A stretch of 64,000 nucleotides of DNA from Nitrospirota bacterium (GTDB lineage: Bacteria; Nitrospirota; Thermodesulfovibrionia; Thermodesulfovibrionales; UBA9159), in NCBI GenBank assembly GCA_021790195.1, contig JAJYIF010000005.1, forward strand, positions 72,870-136,869, read 5' to 3'. Made by a program: the position numbers and the translations under genes. Below the pieces are notes generated by a model. That model did no database searches, was not told the DNA's origin, and saw nothing but the letters and a program-made list of their open reading frames with translations. This document shows positions 1 through 9,653 of the stretch, one piece after another (within the stretch, counting starts at the first letter, position 1; each line of letters starts with the position of its first letter).

Positions 1-440
1 ACGATCGCTTCCTCTGACGTGACCGGCCCGTCGCTGCCGGGGACGACCGGTATGCCCTTACGTTTCATCGTCTGCCTTGCCTTAGCCTTGTCTCCCCCGA
101 GCCTTATGTTTTCAGAAGTCGGACCGATAAAAGTTATCCCGGAGGTGAAGCAGGCCTCCGCGAAATGGGGATTCTCGGCAAGGAACCCGTAACCCGGATG
201 GACGGCCTCTGAATCAGTGATCTCGGCGGCGCTCAGAATTCCCGGGATATTGAGATAACTCTGGGCGGAGCTTGCCGGGCCGATACAGACCGACTCGTCG
301 GCAAGTCTGACATGCATCGACTCCTTCTCTATGTCCGAATACACCGCCACCGTTCTTATGCCGAGCTCCCTGCACGCCCTTATGATCCGGACGGCGATCT
401 CGCCCCTGTTAGCAATCAGTATCTTCTTGAACAATTTCAT
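1..440 (-). CDS. accC: acetyl-CoA carboxylase biotin carboxylase subunit, N-terminal part (gene runs off the window start)
   Basis: Truncated, so absent from the ORF track. My reverse-complement translation from the ATG at 438-440 reads [27 protein letters not shown], the canonical biotin carboxylase N-terminus. It lies directly downstream of accB. Confidence 0.9.
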   Translation of the reverse strand, partial: MKLFKKILIANRGEIAVRIIRACRELGIRTVAVYSDIEKESMHVRLADESVCIGPASSAQSYLNIPGILSAAEITDSEAVHPGYGFLAENPHFAEACFTSGITFIGPTSENIRLGGDKAKARQTMKRKGIPVVPGSDGPVTSEEAI

Positions 441-544
441 GGCCCTATTATTCCTTGAATTCTTCTCATTACTGGCGGATAGGCCGCGAGGCGTCCCTCT
501 TGAACCCTGAACGGGACCCGCAGATTATGAGAAAAGACCCTCAT

Positions 545-979
545 CTATCCCACGGGTTCTATGAGGAAGAGGGGCTCGCCGTATTCCACGGGTTGACCGT
601 TTTCGACAAGCGCCCTCACAATAACGCCTTCCACTTCGCTCTCGATCTCGTTCATCAGCTTCATAGCCTCTATTATGCAGATCACCTGCCCCTTCCTGAC
701 CCTTGCTCCGGCCTCCACAAAGGGCGCGGCCTCGGGTGACTGGGACCTGTAAAAGGTGCCGACAATCGGGGAGGTGACGGTTATAAGCCTCTGGACCTCT
801 TCTTCGGCCTCCGCGCTCTTCTCGATCGTCACAGGCGTTTTCTTAGGGTGCATCTCGATGGAAGATACCAGCATCTGACGCCGGATCTTTACCTTTGTCC
901 CGTCCTTCTCCAACTGGATCTCTGTAATATCGGTATCCTGAAGAAGGGAGATCAGTTCTTTCAGGTCATCGATTTCCAT
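545..979 (-). CDS. accB: biotin carboxyl carrier protein of acetyl-CoA carboxylase
   Basis: 144 aa with the C-terminal biotinyl-lysine motif [13 protein letters not shown] start overlaps the efp stop (TAATG). Lies next to accC. Confidence 0.93.
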   Translation of the reverse strand: MEIDDLKELISLLQDTDITEIQLEKDGTKVKIRRQMLVSSIEMHPKKTPVTIEKSAEAEEEVQRLITVTSPIVGTFYRSQSPEAAPFVEAGARVRKGQVICIIEAMKLMNEIESEVEGVIVRALVENGQPVEYGEPLFLIEPVG

Positions 980-1539
980 TACTTGACCCTTTCAATATAT
1001 TCTGCAGTTCTTGTATCCACCCTGATCACATCTCCGATATTGATGTGAAAGGGCACCTTCACTACTGCGCCGGTCTCAAGGGTTGCGGGTTTGGACCCGC
1101 CGGAGGCCGTGTCGCCCTTGAACCCCGGCTCGGTCTCCGCCACCGCGAGCTCCACAAAGGTCGGGAGCTCGACGGTAAGGGGTTCGCCCTTGTACTTCAG
1201 TATGGCGACTATCATATTCTCTTTAAGAAACCTGTTGGCGTCGCCAAGATGGGATACGCTTATCGGGATCTGCTCGAAGGTCTCGGTGTCCATGAAATAG
1301 CGGAAGTCCCCTTCCGCGTAAAGATACTGCATCTGGCTCTCTTCGAGATGAGGCGTATCGAACTTCTCACCGGACCTGAAGGTGTCCTCAAGAACATTGC
1401 CGGTCTTGAGGCTCTTCAGCTTTGTCCTTATAATCGCCCCTCCCCTGCCCATCTTGACGTGCTGAAAGTCAATGATCTCACAGGGCTCTCCCTTGTACTC
1501 TATCTTTGCACCTCTCCTGAAGTCCGCTGTCGATATCAA
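979..1539 (-). CDS. efp: translation elongation factor P
   Basis: 186 aa; N-terminus [35 protein letters not shown] is typical EF-P. TTG start with an AGGAGG Shine-Dalgarno 7-8 nt upstream. Confidence 0.95.
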   Translation of the reverse strand: MISTADFRRGAKIEYKGEPCEIIDFQHVKMGRGGAIIRTKLKSLKTGNVLEDTFRSGEKFDTPHLEESQMQYLYAEGDFRYFMDTETFEQIPISVSHLGDANRFLKENMIVAILKYKGEPLTVELPTFVELAVAETEPGFKGDTASGGSKPATLETGAVVKVPFHINIGDVIRVDTRTAEYIERVK

Positions 1540-1555
1540 TTAAAACCTCCTAAAA

Positions 1556-1645
1556 AGTAGTCAGTAGTCAGGAGCCATGAGTCAGAAGTCACAATAAACA
1601 ACCCTCCAGAGACTCCCGTTTCCTTCTTCTCTTCTGACTTCTGGA
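1556..1645. repeat. intergenic AGTCAG direct copies plus a 9-bp inverted repeat (cagaagtca 1583-1591 / tgacttctg 1635-1643)
   Basis: Read directly: gtagtcagtagtcag, then gagtcagaagtcac, then cttctgacttctgg. Possibly a diverged member of the GGTCAA/TTGACC array family seen elsewhere in the window. Confidence 0.3.
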
Positions 1646-1660
1646 TTCTGAATTCCATAT

Positions 1661-2761
1661 TCAAATGATCTCCAGTTCCCTCGGCAGTCTTGTCATCAAT
1701 TCAGCCCCTTTCGACTTGACCAGTACCATATCTTCTATTCTCACGCCTCCCAGGTCCTTTAAGTATATTCCTGGCTCGATCGTAAAGACCATGCCTTCTG
1801 CAACAGGCTCGCTTCTTGTCCAGGTGACGCGGGGAAACTCATGGACTTCGAGTCCTACTCCGTGGCCGGTACCGTGACCGAAGGACTCGCCAAAACCTGC
1901 CCTTTTTATAACGTCCCTGGCCGCGTCGTCGACCACCCTGCTCTCAGCCCCGGGTATGACGGCCGCAACTGCAGCCCTGTTTGCCTTCAAGACATGCCGG
2001 TATATCTCCCTTTTCTTCGACAGGTCGCCGCCTCTCATAAGAAAAGTCCTTGTCATGTCTGAACAGTACCCCTCCGCTTCTCCTCCCCAGTCCACCACGA
2101 CAAGATCGCCGCATAAAAGCTTCCTGTCGCTTGCACGGGCGTGCGGCATAGCAGAATTGGGTCCCGATGCCACTATTATATCAAAAGGGAGATGATTACA
2201 CCCTCTTTTTTTCAGCCTCTCTTCCAGCCTCAGGGCGACCGCCTTTTCCCTCTGCCCCTGCCTTATATGACCTTTGATGTCAAGGAAGGCGCCTTCGGCC
2301 CGTCTGACCGCTTCCTTCAATAGGCGTATTTCTTCGCGGTCCTTTACCTCTCTGATTCTTTCCACGCATCCCCTGAACGGCCTTAGCCCGACCCTGTATT
2401 TCGAGAGCCCTTCGTATGACTCATACGGGAGCGTAGCTTCAAAACCCAGGACCTTTATCCCGAGTCTGCGGACGAGGTCTCCTATCGTCTTCAGCCGGTC
2501 CCCCTTTTCGATGATGAGGTCCCAGTCTGCCTCTCCAGGTCCGCCCCCCGCCCTTGAAATCTCCCTCGCCGCCTGTTCCCTGTATCGGAAATCCGTCACG
2601 AAAAAGCTCTTGCTTCTCGTCAGAAGGATGAAGCCGGAAGAGCCCCTGAACCCGGAAAGATACCTGATATTGACAAGATCAGTGACGAGAAACCCGTCGG
2701 TCCTTTTCGTAAAGACGGATTCCCTCAGCCCCTCAAGACGAGATGAGAATTGGAAAGAAAT
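1661..2761 (-). CDS. M24 family Xaa-Pro aminopeptidase/dipeptidase
   Basis: HGTGHGVGLEVHEFP metal-binding motif in the C-terminal pita-bread domain. The aroQ-peptidase-efp order matches the order I recall from Bacillus. The first canonical start is GTG at 2599. The frame stays open upstream and encodes a creatinase_N-like sequence (SSRLEGLRESVFTKRTDGFLVTDLVNIRYLSGFRGSSGFILLT). I therefore extend to a candidate ATT start at 2761; the 5' end is uncertain. Confidence 0.8.
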   Translation of the reverse strand: MSFQFSSRLEGLRESVFTKRTDGFLVTDLVNIRYLSGFRGSSGFILLTRSKSFFVTDFRYREQAAREISRAGGGPGEADWDLIIEKGDRLKTIGDLVRRLGIKVLGFEATLPYESYEGLSKYRVGLRPFRGCVERIREVKDREEIRLLKEAVRRAEGAFLDIKGHIRQGQREKAVALRLEERLKKRGCNHLPFDIIVASGPNSAMPHARASDRKLLCGDLVVVDWGGEAEGYCSDMTRTFLMRGGDLSKKREIYRHVLKANRAAVAAVIPGAESRVVDDAARDVIKRAGFGESFGHGTGHGVGLEVHEFPRVTWTRSEPVAEGMVFTIEPGIYLKDLGGVRIEDMVLVKSKGAELMTRLPRELEII

Positions 2762-2765
2762 TGTC

Positions 2766-3197
2766 TCAACCCCCGGAAAGGATATTCTTCGCGGCAGAAA
2801 GGGCGAGCAGGTAGCTGTCTGCGCCGAACCCGGTTATCTGTCCATAGGAGACCCCTGCTATAAAAGACTTTGTCCTGAACTCCTCGCGTCTGTAAACATT
2901 CGAGATATGGACTTCTATCGTCGGCTTTGCCACAGATGAGATCGCATCGCGAATCGCAATGCTCGTATGGGTATATGCCCCGGGGTTGATGACCAGGGCG
3001 TCATAGTCGTCTTTCTGTATCGTATCGATTATCTCCGCCTCACTGTTGGACTGAGTTATCGAGACGTCAAGACCGACTTCAGCGGCCCTTAGGCGGATCT
3101 TCTTATTGATCTCCTCAAGAGTGAGGTTCCCATAGACGCCCGGTTCTCGCTTGCCGAGCATATTCAGGTTCGGTCCGTGTATGACAATAACTTTCAT
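2766..3197 (-). CDS. aroQ: type II 3-dehydroquinate dehydratase
   Basis: MKVIVIHGPNLNMLGKREPGVYG N-terminus. The track ORF starts at a TTG at 3218; the ATG at 3197 fits family N-termini better. Confidence 0.92.
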   Translation of the reverse strand: MKVIVIHGPNLNMLGKREPGVYGNLTLEEINKKIRLRAAEVGLDVSITQSNSEAEIIDTIQKDDYDALVINPGAYTHTSIAIRDAISSVAKPTIEVHISNVYRREEFRTKSFIAGVSYGQITGFGADSYLLALSAAKNILSGG

Positions 3198-3306
3198 AGA
3201 ACGACTGACAGGCAGCAAATAACAAGTAACGAGATATTCCTCTGCCTGACGCGCATTAGTGTCGCTCCGACCCGTAACTCGTTACTATTCACTTATCACT
3301 GTCTTT

Positions 3307-3663
3307 TCAGAATTCGCCCGCTATCTTCGGAACTGCGGTCTTAAGGACAAACCTTCCCTTGCCGAAGTTGCCGTCGGGCTTTATGACAAGCGCCAAATAG
3401 TAAGAAGCGTTTATCTGGCGCATGATGATGCCGCACCCGTCCGATATAATTGAGAATTCGCGGGCCGTGCCGAGACCGAGATCTTTTGCCGCAAGGTTGA
3501 TGTCCTTGATCATGGCAGAGGCCTCGGCCCCAAGGTCCTCGAGATTGATCAGTTTTTCCACGGCATATTCCTCCACGAGTATGCCGTCTGAACCAAGGAC
3601 CATCGCCGAGACAGCCCCGTCCACCCTTTCTACCGCGTCTTTAAGAACCTCTGAAAAGCTCAT
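3307..3663 (-). CDS. roadblock/LC7 (MglB-like) domain protein
   Basis: 118 aa. The pattern VDGAVSAMVLGSDGILVEE ... AREFSIISDGCGIIMRQI resembles roadblock/LC7 domains. GAGGAG Shine-Dalgarno before the ATG. Confidence 0.7.
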   Translation of the reverse strand: MSFSEVLKDAVERVDGAVSAMVLGSDGILVEEYAVEKLINLEDLGAEASAMIKDINLAAKDLGLGTAREFSIISDGCGIIMRQINASYYLALVIKPDGNFGKGRFVLKTAVPKIAGEF

Positions 3664-3741
3664 TTCTCCTCAAATAGACCGCATCGGCGTTCCTTGCACC
3701 CTTGAAGATATGACTTGCCGTTTATGATTAAACGGCGCGCC

Positions 3742-4761
3742 TCAACGGTCCCTGTCAAAGTTTCTCTTAACAGCGCCCAAGAAGGCCTCAAGCCTTGCTA
3801 TCAGCATCTCTTCTCCCTTTCCAAGGAGTTTCAGCAATGCCCTGAGCTCAATCACTCTCTGAAGAACATGTTTATTCTGAGGGTCCGCCGTCAGGATCTT
3901 CTTGTAAATCTCCATGGCCTTGTAATAGTTGCCCGAGGAAATAAAGGAGTCGGCCGCCGATATTTCATCCGTGTCCGCCGGAGACGCCTCCTCGCTGAGT
4001 TCGAAGGATTCGAATGTTTCGGCGGCGGGTTCGGCTTCAGCTGATTCGGCAATGAGGGCCTCCTCCAGGTCTGTCTCCTCCGCCAGCTCAAAAACCTCGG
4101 CTTCTTCCTCTTCCTGCGGCCGAACCTGCAGGTCCTCCACGGCCGGAAGGACAGCCTCCTCCTCATATTTTTCGGAAAAAGAGGCCTTAAAATTTTCGAA
4201 GTCCCGGTCCGCGGTCTCCACGGGTTCCGCGACTGCCGCCTCCTCAATATCTTCCTTAACATCAAGGGGGGCTTCCTCCGCCGCAGCTTCAGGCTCCGCC
4301 GCAGAGGGCAATATCTCTTCCACTTCCTCAGCCATGGGCAGCAACTCCTCGACCTTCTCAGGCCTGCCCTCGATCTCCTCGAGACACAACTTAGCGTCCT
4401 CATCGAGCGGATTCAATTCGAGCACCTTCTTGCATTCCTGGACCGCCTTGTCTGTCTCCCCCGCTGATTTGTATATTTCAGACAGTTTCTTATGGGAAAA
4501 AAGGTTGTCAGGGATGGCCTTTACGACGTTTTCAAATTCGGCCCGGGCCTCGTTCATCATGTCCTTTTCAAGATAGAGCCTTCCGAGCGCGACCCTCGCG
4601 CTAGTGTACCCGGGCTGGTGTTGAAGTCCTCTCAAGATGACCGAGATCGCCTCGTCCAGCATGCCCGATTTCCTATACTCTTCGGCAAGCGGCAAAAAGA
4701 ACCTCGAATTCGGGTCCTTCTCCACGCGAACCCGGAGTTTTTCTATTTCTTCCATCGACAT
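3742..4761 (-). CDS. TPR repeat protein with a long acidic central linker
   Basis: 339 aa. TPR-like helices at the N-terminus (LPLAEEYRKSGMLDEAISVILRGLQHQP, ALGRLYLEKDMMNEA) and at the C-terminus (GNYYKAMEIYKKILTADPQN). The middle ~150 aa are E/A/P-rich. Confidence 0.75.
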   Translation of the reverse strand: MSMEEIEKLRVRVEKDPNSRFFLPLAEEYRKSGMLDEAISVILRGLQHQPGYTSARVALGRLYLEKDMMNEARAEFENVVKAIPDNLFSHKKLSEIYKSAGETDKAVQECKKVLELNPLDEDAKLCLEEIEGRPEKVEELLPMAEEVEEILPSAAEPEAAAEEAPLDVKEDIEEAAVAEPVETADRDFENFKASFSEKYEEEAVLPAVEDLQVRPQEEEEAEVFELAEETDLEEALIAESAEAEPAAETFESFELSEEASPADTDEISAADSFISSGNYYKAMEIYKKILTADPQNKHVLQRVIELRALLKLLGKGEEMLIARLEAFLGAVKRNFDRDR

Positions 4762-4834
4762 CGTTATTGAACTTTAATCAAAAAAGACCCAAAAGTCAAG
4801 CCATAAGAATGACCGAAACGCACTCTTAACCCTT

Positions 4835-6022
4835 CTATGGTTTGCCTTTATTGATCCGGTCCGCAACTCTGTCAAGCAAAATGCCGGCGACTTCTTCTTT
4901 CGACATGAGAGGAAGTGATTCTTCGCCCTGTCTCACGATTATAGTGACCTCATTCGTGTCTACGTCAAAACCTGACCCTGAAGCGGTAACATCATTGAAA
5001 ACGATCATGTCCGCCCCCTTGTCGAGCATCTTCTTTCTCGCCCGCCCAAGGTCCCGGCCGGTCTCCGCCGCAAAACCGACGACAAAAGGTCTTCTCTTCA
5101 TCGAGCAGATTTCGCTGAGGATGTCCGGAGTCGCTGTAAGCTTCAGGGTCAATCTGCTGGATTTTTCGACCTTGACCGGGCTTCTCAACCCAGGAGAAAA
5201 ATCCGCAACCGCAGCGGCCATTATCGCCACATGCGAACCCTTCAGGTTCTTGAGCACAGCTTCCCTCATATCGGCAGCCGTCTCCACCGGAACAAAGCGG
5301 ACGCGCGAGTCCGGTCTCTGCTGAGACGGTCCGGATACGAGCACCACTTCCGCCCCCCTCCTGGCCGCGGCCCGCGCAATGGCAAAGCCCATTTTCCCGG
5401 AAGACCTGTTCGATATGAACCTGACCGGGTCGAGGTATTCCCTCGTGGGCCCGGCTGTAACGATGACCTTCCTACCTACAAAATCCTTCTTCGAAAAAAC
5501 AGTCTCTATCGCCTCCAATATCTCGGGGATTTCAGCCATCCTCCCCATACCCTCCTCTCCGCACGCAAGGCTTCCCTTCTGCGGCCCGACCTGCAAAACT
5601 CCCAGCCCGGCAAGACTCTCGATATTCTTCACAAAGATAGGGTTCTCATACATCCTCCAGTTCATTGCCGGGGCAATGACGACCTTGCCCTTGAACGACA
5701 AAAGGCAGGTCGTGAGCATGTCGTCCGCAATGCCGTGCGAGTATTTGCCTATGATATTTGCAGTGGCGGGGGCGACGACCATCAGGTCGGCGTCAGCGGT
5801 CAGAGAAATGTGCGATAGCGGATACTGAAAGGTGTCGAGATGTGTCTTATTTCCGGAGGCCAGCTCAAAAGAAAGAGGCGTTATGAAATTTCTCGAAGCG
5901 GCCGTCATGATCACATGGACGGACGCCCCGGCTTCCACAAGCCTCCTCGTTAAATCAACCGACTTATATGCAGCGACGCTTCCTGTTACCCCGAGCAGGA
6001 TCTTTCTATCTTTCAGCAACAC
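4835..6022 (-). CDS. coaBC: bifunctional phosphopantothenoylcysteine decarboxylase / phosphopantothenate-cysteine ligase
   Basis: 395 aa. N-terminal flavoprotein motif KILLGVTGSVAAYKS. C-terminal ligase region AGPTREYLDPVRFISNRSSGKMG. Confidence 0.93.
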   Translation of the reverse strand: MLLKDRKILLGVTGSVAAYKSVDLTRRLVEAGASVHVIMTAASRNFITPLSFELASGNKTHLDTFQYPLSHISLTADADLMVVAPATANIIGKYSHGIADDMLTTCLLSFKGKVVIAPAMNWRMYENPIFVKNIESLAGLGVLQVGPQKGSLACGEEGMGRMAEIPEILEAIETVFSKKDFVGRKVIVTAGPTREYLDPVRFISNRSSGKMGFAIARAAARRGAEVVLVSGPSQQRPDSRVRFVPVETAADMREAVLKNLKGSHVAIMAAAVADFSPGLRSPVKVEKSSRLTLKLTATPDILSEICSMKRRPFVVGFAAETGRDLGRARKKMLDKGADMIVFNDVTASGSGFDVDTNEVTIIVRQGEESLPLMSKEEVAGILLDRVADRINKGKP

Positions 6023-6054
6023 AGCCTTGCAAGGGCAGATCGGCGGGCCGGAAC

Positions 6055-6444
6055 CTATTCCTCCTCGGTCTTTTCTGGGAAGAGTTCCTCCAGGGCCTTC
6101 TTGTCATCCGTCTCTTTCTCGTGGAGATAGATCTTCAGGTCCTTTTCGAGCTCGGAAAGGTCCTCAGGTCCGCCCTCCCTCCTCCGTTCTTCAAGCAGTC
6201 TCCTGTAATCGAACTTCTTTGCTTCTTCTCTCGCCTTCCGCGCTTCTTCGCCCACAAGGAACTCGAGTGTGCCCTTCATCGCCTCTTCAATGGCGATGGA
6301 CGTGACCTTCTTCGACTTCGTCTGGAGCTTCGGCTTGGCGCCGAGAGAGAGTTCTCTTGCACGCTGGGCCGCTATCGCCGCAAGGCGATACTTGCCGTCT
6401 ATATTCTTTTTGTCGATTTCCACGGGCAACGAAATAATATCCAT
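6055..6444 (-). CDS. rpoZ: DNA-directed RNA polymerase subunit omega with an acidic C-terminal extension
   Basis: YRLAAIAAQRARELS core motif. I prefer the ATG at 6444 (MDIISLPVEID), which has an AGGAGG Shine-Dalgarno, over the track start at 6480 that overlaps gmk. Confidence 0.85.
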   Translation of the reverse strand: MDIISLPVEIDKKNIDGKYRLAAIAAQRARELSLGAKPKLQTKSKKVTSIAIEEAMKGTLEFLVGEEARKAREEAKKFDYRRLLEERRREGGPEDLSELEKDLKIYLHEKETDDKKALEELFPEKTEEE

Positions 6445-6452
6445 TCTTCCTC

Positions 6453-7070
6453 CTAAACGCTGAATGTCTTCTCGACCCAATCGGGGTCTATCCTCTTGGT
6501 ACGCCTGTCCTCGGCTATGACGATCGACTTGAGGTCCGTCAGGGCCTCGGCAAAATCACTATTTACTATAACATAATCATACATCTTATATTCTCTTATC
6601 TCCTCGTAGGCCCTCCTGAGCCTCAGCTCTATCTCCTCCGGGGAATTACTCATCCTCTTTTCGAGCCGCTCCTTCAGGGCGTCCATTGACGGCGGCAGAA
6701 TGAAAATATAAACGCCGTCGTCATAGCGGCCGCGGATCTTCTTTGTCCCCTGGGTATCGATATCCAGTATAACATCTGTCCCCCCGTCTCTGAGCTCCTC
6801 TATGCGTCTTATGGAGGTGCCGTAAAGATTGCCGTGGACCTTTGCCCATTCCGCAAATTCGCCCGCCTCGGCCATACGCATGAATTCGTCCTCGCCCACA
6901 AAGGTGTAGTCCCTGTCGTTCACCTCTTCCTTCCTCGGCTGTCTTGTCGTGAAAGACACGGAATGTCTTATATTGGGAAGGACTGCGGTCAGCTTCTGGC
7001 AGAGAGAAGTCTTACCTGCTCCGGACGGCGCTGAAACGATAAAGAGGTTCCCCCTACTCTTCCTCATCAT
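6453..7070 (-). CDS. gmk: guanylate kinase
   Basis: P-loop [10 protein letters not shown] plus a typical Gmk body. Conserved remA-gmk-rpoZ order. Confidence 0.95.
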   Translation of the reverse strand: MMRKSRGNLFIVSAPSGAGKTSLCQKLTAVLPNIRHSVSFTTRQPRKEEVNDRDYTFVGEDEFMRMAEAGEFAEWAKVHGNLYGTSIRRIEELRDGGTDVILDIDTQGTKKIRGRYDDGVYIFILPPSMDALKERLEKRMSNSPEEIELRLRRAYEEIREYKMYDYVIVNSDFAEALTDLKSIVIAEDRRTKRIDPDWVEKTFSV

Positions 7071-7389
7071 CCTGCCGGTATATTACTGCGGGACCACTAT
7101 CCTGGCCCTTTTTCTCTTCCTCTTCCCTTCCCTCGCCGAACCTCTGGGTAATGGTCTCGGACTGGAGCGCGCTCAGTATTACGTGGTCGCTGTCGGTAAC
7201 GATTATGGAGCGTGTCCGCCTGCCTTCGGTGGCGTCCACCAATTTGCCCCTCTTCTTGGCCTCTTCCCTGAGCCGCTTCATAGGAGAGGAGCCGGGCGTA
7301 ACTATCGCTATGACCCTTGAGGCCGAAACTACGTTTCCAAAACCTATGTTGACAAGAACAGGACTTAAGTCACCCTTCTTCATACCCAC
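7054..7389 (-). CDS. remA: DUF370 / RemA-family regulator
   Basis: [30 protein letters not shown] ... [28 protein letters not shown] closely matches RemA-family proteins as I recall them. It has an extra acidic C-terminal tail. Confidence 0.85.
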   Translation of the reverse strand: MGMKKGDLSPVLVNIGFGNVVSASRVIAIVTPGSSPMKRLREEAKKRGKLVDATEGRRTRSIIVTDSDHVILSALQSETITQRFGEGREEEEKKGQDSGPAVIYRQDDEEE

Positions 7390-7415
7390 CTCTGTTTATC
7401 CCATATTAAGATATC

Positions 7416-8264
7416 TTATTGTATATTCTGGGCCTGCTCCCTTATCTTCTCGAGTTCGGCCTTCATCTCGACAGCCAGGCTCGACATCCTGTAATCATCG
7501 GCCTTGGACGCTATCGTGTTCACTTCCCTGTTCAATTCCTGAAGGAGGAACTCCACTTTTCTCCCTATTGTATCACCATCCGAGAGAATTTTCTTCAGTT
7601 GCCCAATGTGCGAGGACAACCTCGTAATCTCCTCGCTGATATCAGATTTTTCGGCCAGAAGGGCCGCCTCCTGAAGCACCCTGTTTTCGTCGAACGCGAG
7701 TTCGCCGAAGAGCGCATGCAGTCTCTCCTTATACCTTTCCCTGGAGGAATCCGCCGCATCGCGGCTGAGAGAGGCGATACGGCCCCTCAGGTCCTCAAGG
7801 AGGTCGAGTCTCGCAAACGCGTCCCTAGCGATGGCCGCTCCCTCCCTCTTCCTCATCTCCTCTACTTTGTCCAGGGCCTCTTTGAAGGCCTCGAAGAGCG
7901 ATCCGATATCCTGGTCCGTCTCCTCGGTTATGATGACTTCCTTGAAAGAGGCGATGGTCTCTATACATATTTCTCCCCGAAGCGACAACTCCTCCTTCAG
8001 GGAGCGGAGCGAATTATATATACTTTTTGCGAGGTCCATGTTGACCTTTATCGCGGAACCTTTCCCACTGGTCGTCGAGACATAGATGTCGAATTTGCCC
8101 CTCGAAAATCTCTCCCTTACCATGCTCCTCAAGGGGAGTTCGTGCCTTGTGAAGTTCTGCGGGATCCTCAGCGAGACGTCCAGGAACCTGTGGTTCAGCG
8201 AGCGGATCTCAACCTTGAAGGAGGCTCCTTCGGCAGACCCGAAACCAGTCATGCTCTGTATCAT
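7416..8264 (-). CDS. yicC: YicC family stress-induced protein (endoribonuclease family)
   Basis: 282 aa. N-terminus MIQSMTGFG and C-terminal DISEEITRL ... EFLLQELNREVNTIASKA motifs are typical of YicC. Confidence 0.9.
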   Translation of the reverse strand: MIQSMTGFGSAEGASFKVEIRSLNHRFLDVSLRIPQNFTRHELPLRSMVRERFSRGKFDIYVSTTSGKGSAIKVNMDLAKSIYNSLRSLKEELSLRGEICIETIASFKEVIITEETDQDIGSLFEAFKEALDKVEEMRKREGAAIARDAFARLDLLEDLRGRIASLSRDAADSSRERYKERLHALFGELAFDENRVLQEAALLAEKSDISEEITRLSSHIGQLKKILSDGDTIGRKVEFLLQELNREVNTIASKADDYRMSSLAVEMKAELEKIREQAQNIQ

Positions 8265-8314
8265 AGAATTATCTCAAACCGAAAAAAAGCATATCCGCGC
8301 AGCGCCAAACCTCT

Positions 8315-9619
8315 TTACGCCTTTATAATATTGGGGCTCTTTATGCCGGCCGTAGCGTTTCTTGTGTCGACCACTAGTTTGCTGTGCCTGACGATAAACT
8401 CGTAATCATATGCGGAATGGTTCGTCGAGATCACTGCACAGTCATACCTCTTCAGGCCGGCAGCCGTAAGCGGCACTGAATTCATCTTGAAATCGTATCT
8501 CCGCATCCTGTGCGTCTTCCTCACATGGGGGTCGTTATAATCCACCACAGCCCCTTTTTCGGCAAGCAGTTCAATAAGCTTCAGTGACGGCGACTCCCTC
8601 ACGTCGTCCACGTCCTTCTTGTAGGCGATCCCGAGAATCAGAATCCTCGCCCCCTTGAGCCCCTTGCCCCTCTCGTTCAGGGCATCAGCGATCCTATGCA
8701 CCACGTGATACGGCATGAAAGAATTTATCTGTCCTGCAAGTTCGATAAACTGCGTGTGAAAATCATATTGTCTCGCCTTCCAGGTAAGATAAAAGGGGTC
8801 TATGGGTATGCAGTGCCCGCCGAGTCCGGGGCCCGGATAAAAGGGCATGAAACCGAAGGGCTTCGTAGAGGCCGTCTCGATCACTTCCCACACGTCTATT
8901 CCCATCCTGTCAAAGAGCATCTTGAGTTCGTTCACAAGGGCGATATTCACGGCCCTGAAGATATTTTCGAAGAGCTTCGTCGCCTCGGCCACACGCGTGG
9001 ACGAGACCGGGATGGTCTTCACTACTATTGAATCATACAGTGCCATGGTGGTCTTCAGGCATTCTTCCGAATAACCTCCTACCACCTTCGGTATGCCGGA
9101 GGTCGAAAAATCCGGATTGCCGGGATCTTCCCTCTCGGGGGAGTAGGCAAGGTAAAAATCCCTCCCGGCCCTGAGACCGGAGCTTTCAAGGATCCTTCTC
9201 ATGTCCTCATCGGTCGTCCCGGGATACGTAGTGGATTCGAGGACCACGAGCTGTCCCTTCGCGAGATATCCGGAGATCGTCCTTGCCGTATCGAAGACAT
9301 AGGTCAGGTCAGGTTCCCTGTGCCGGTTCAGAGGCGTCGGAACGCAGATGATAATGCATTCCACCTTTCTGAGTTTTCCGAAATCCGTCGTGGGATCGAA
9401 CCTTCCGGTACCCATCATCTCCCGGATCAGTTTCGACGGGAGGTGCTTTATGTAAGACCTTCCCTTCTCGAGAGACTCCACTTTCCGCGGATCGGTATCG
9501 AACCCGGTGACATGAAAGCCCGAACGTATAAACTCCCTTACAAGGGGAAGGCCGACATATCCGAGGCCTATAACACCTATCCTCGCAGTTCTCTTCCTGA
9601 TCTTCTCTATGGTCTTCAC
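8315..9619 (-). CDS. nucleotide-sugar 6-dehydrogenase (UDP-N-acetylhexosamine dehydrogenase family, WbpA/WbpO/TviB-like)
   Basis: 434 aa. Rossmann motif RIGVIGLGYVGLPL and catalytic-region GLGGHCIPIDP. Last gene of the glycan locus. Confidence 0.88.
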   Translation of the reverse strand: MKTIEKIRKRTARIGVIGLGYVGLPLVREFIRSGFHVTGFDTDPRKVESLEKGRSYIKHLPSKLIREMMGTGRFDPTTDFGKLRKVECIIICVPTPLNRHREPDLTYVFDTARTISGYLAKGQLVVLESTTYPGTTDEDMRRILESSGLRAGRDFYLAYSPEREDPGNPDFSTSGIPKVVGGYSEECLKTTMALYDSIVVKTIPVSSTRVAEATKLFENIFRAVNIALVNELKMLFDRMGIDVWEVIETASTKPFGFMPFYPGPGLGGHCIPIDPFYLTWKARQYDFHTQFIELAGQINSFMPYHVVHRIADALNERGKGLKGARILILGIAYKKDVDDVRESPSLKLIELLAEKGAVVDYNDPHVRKTHRMRRYDFKMNSVPLTAAGLKRYDCAVISTNHSAYDYEFIVRHSKLVVDTRNATAGIKSPNIIKA

Positions 9620-9653
9620 GGCAGTCTATTTTACCCGAAATGCCCGAATGAAT

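Noticed and set aside
3891-4576. 170-aa minus-strand and 215-aa plus-strand alternative-frame ORFs within the TPR gene
   Set aside because: They arise from the low-complexity GAG/GAA/GCC-rich acidic linker, which stays open in several frames. The R/K-rich or S-rich products are frame artefacts.
7419-8405. 328-aa plus-strand ORF
   Set aside because: It is antisense to yicC and runs across the yicC/sugar-dehydrogenase gene boundary. It has shadow-ORF composition and no motifs.
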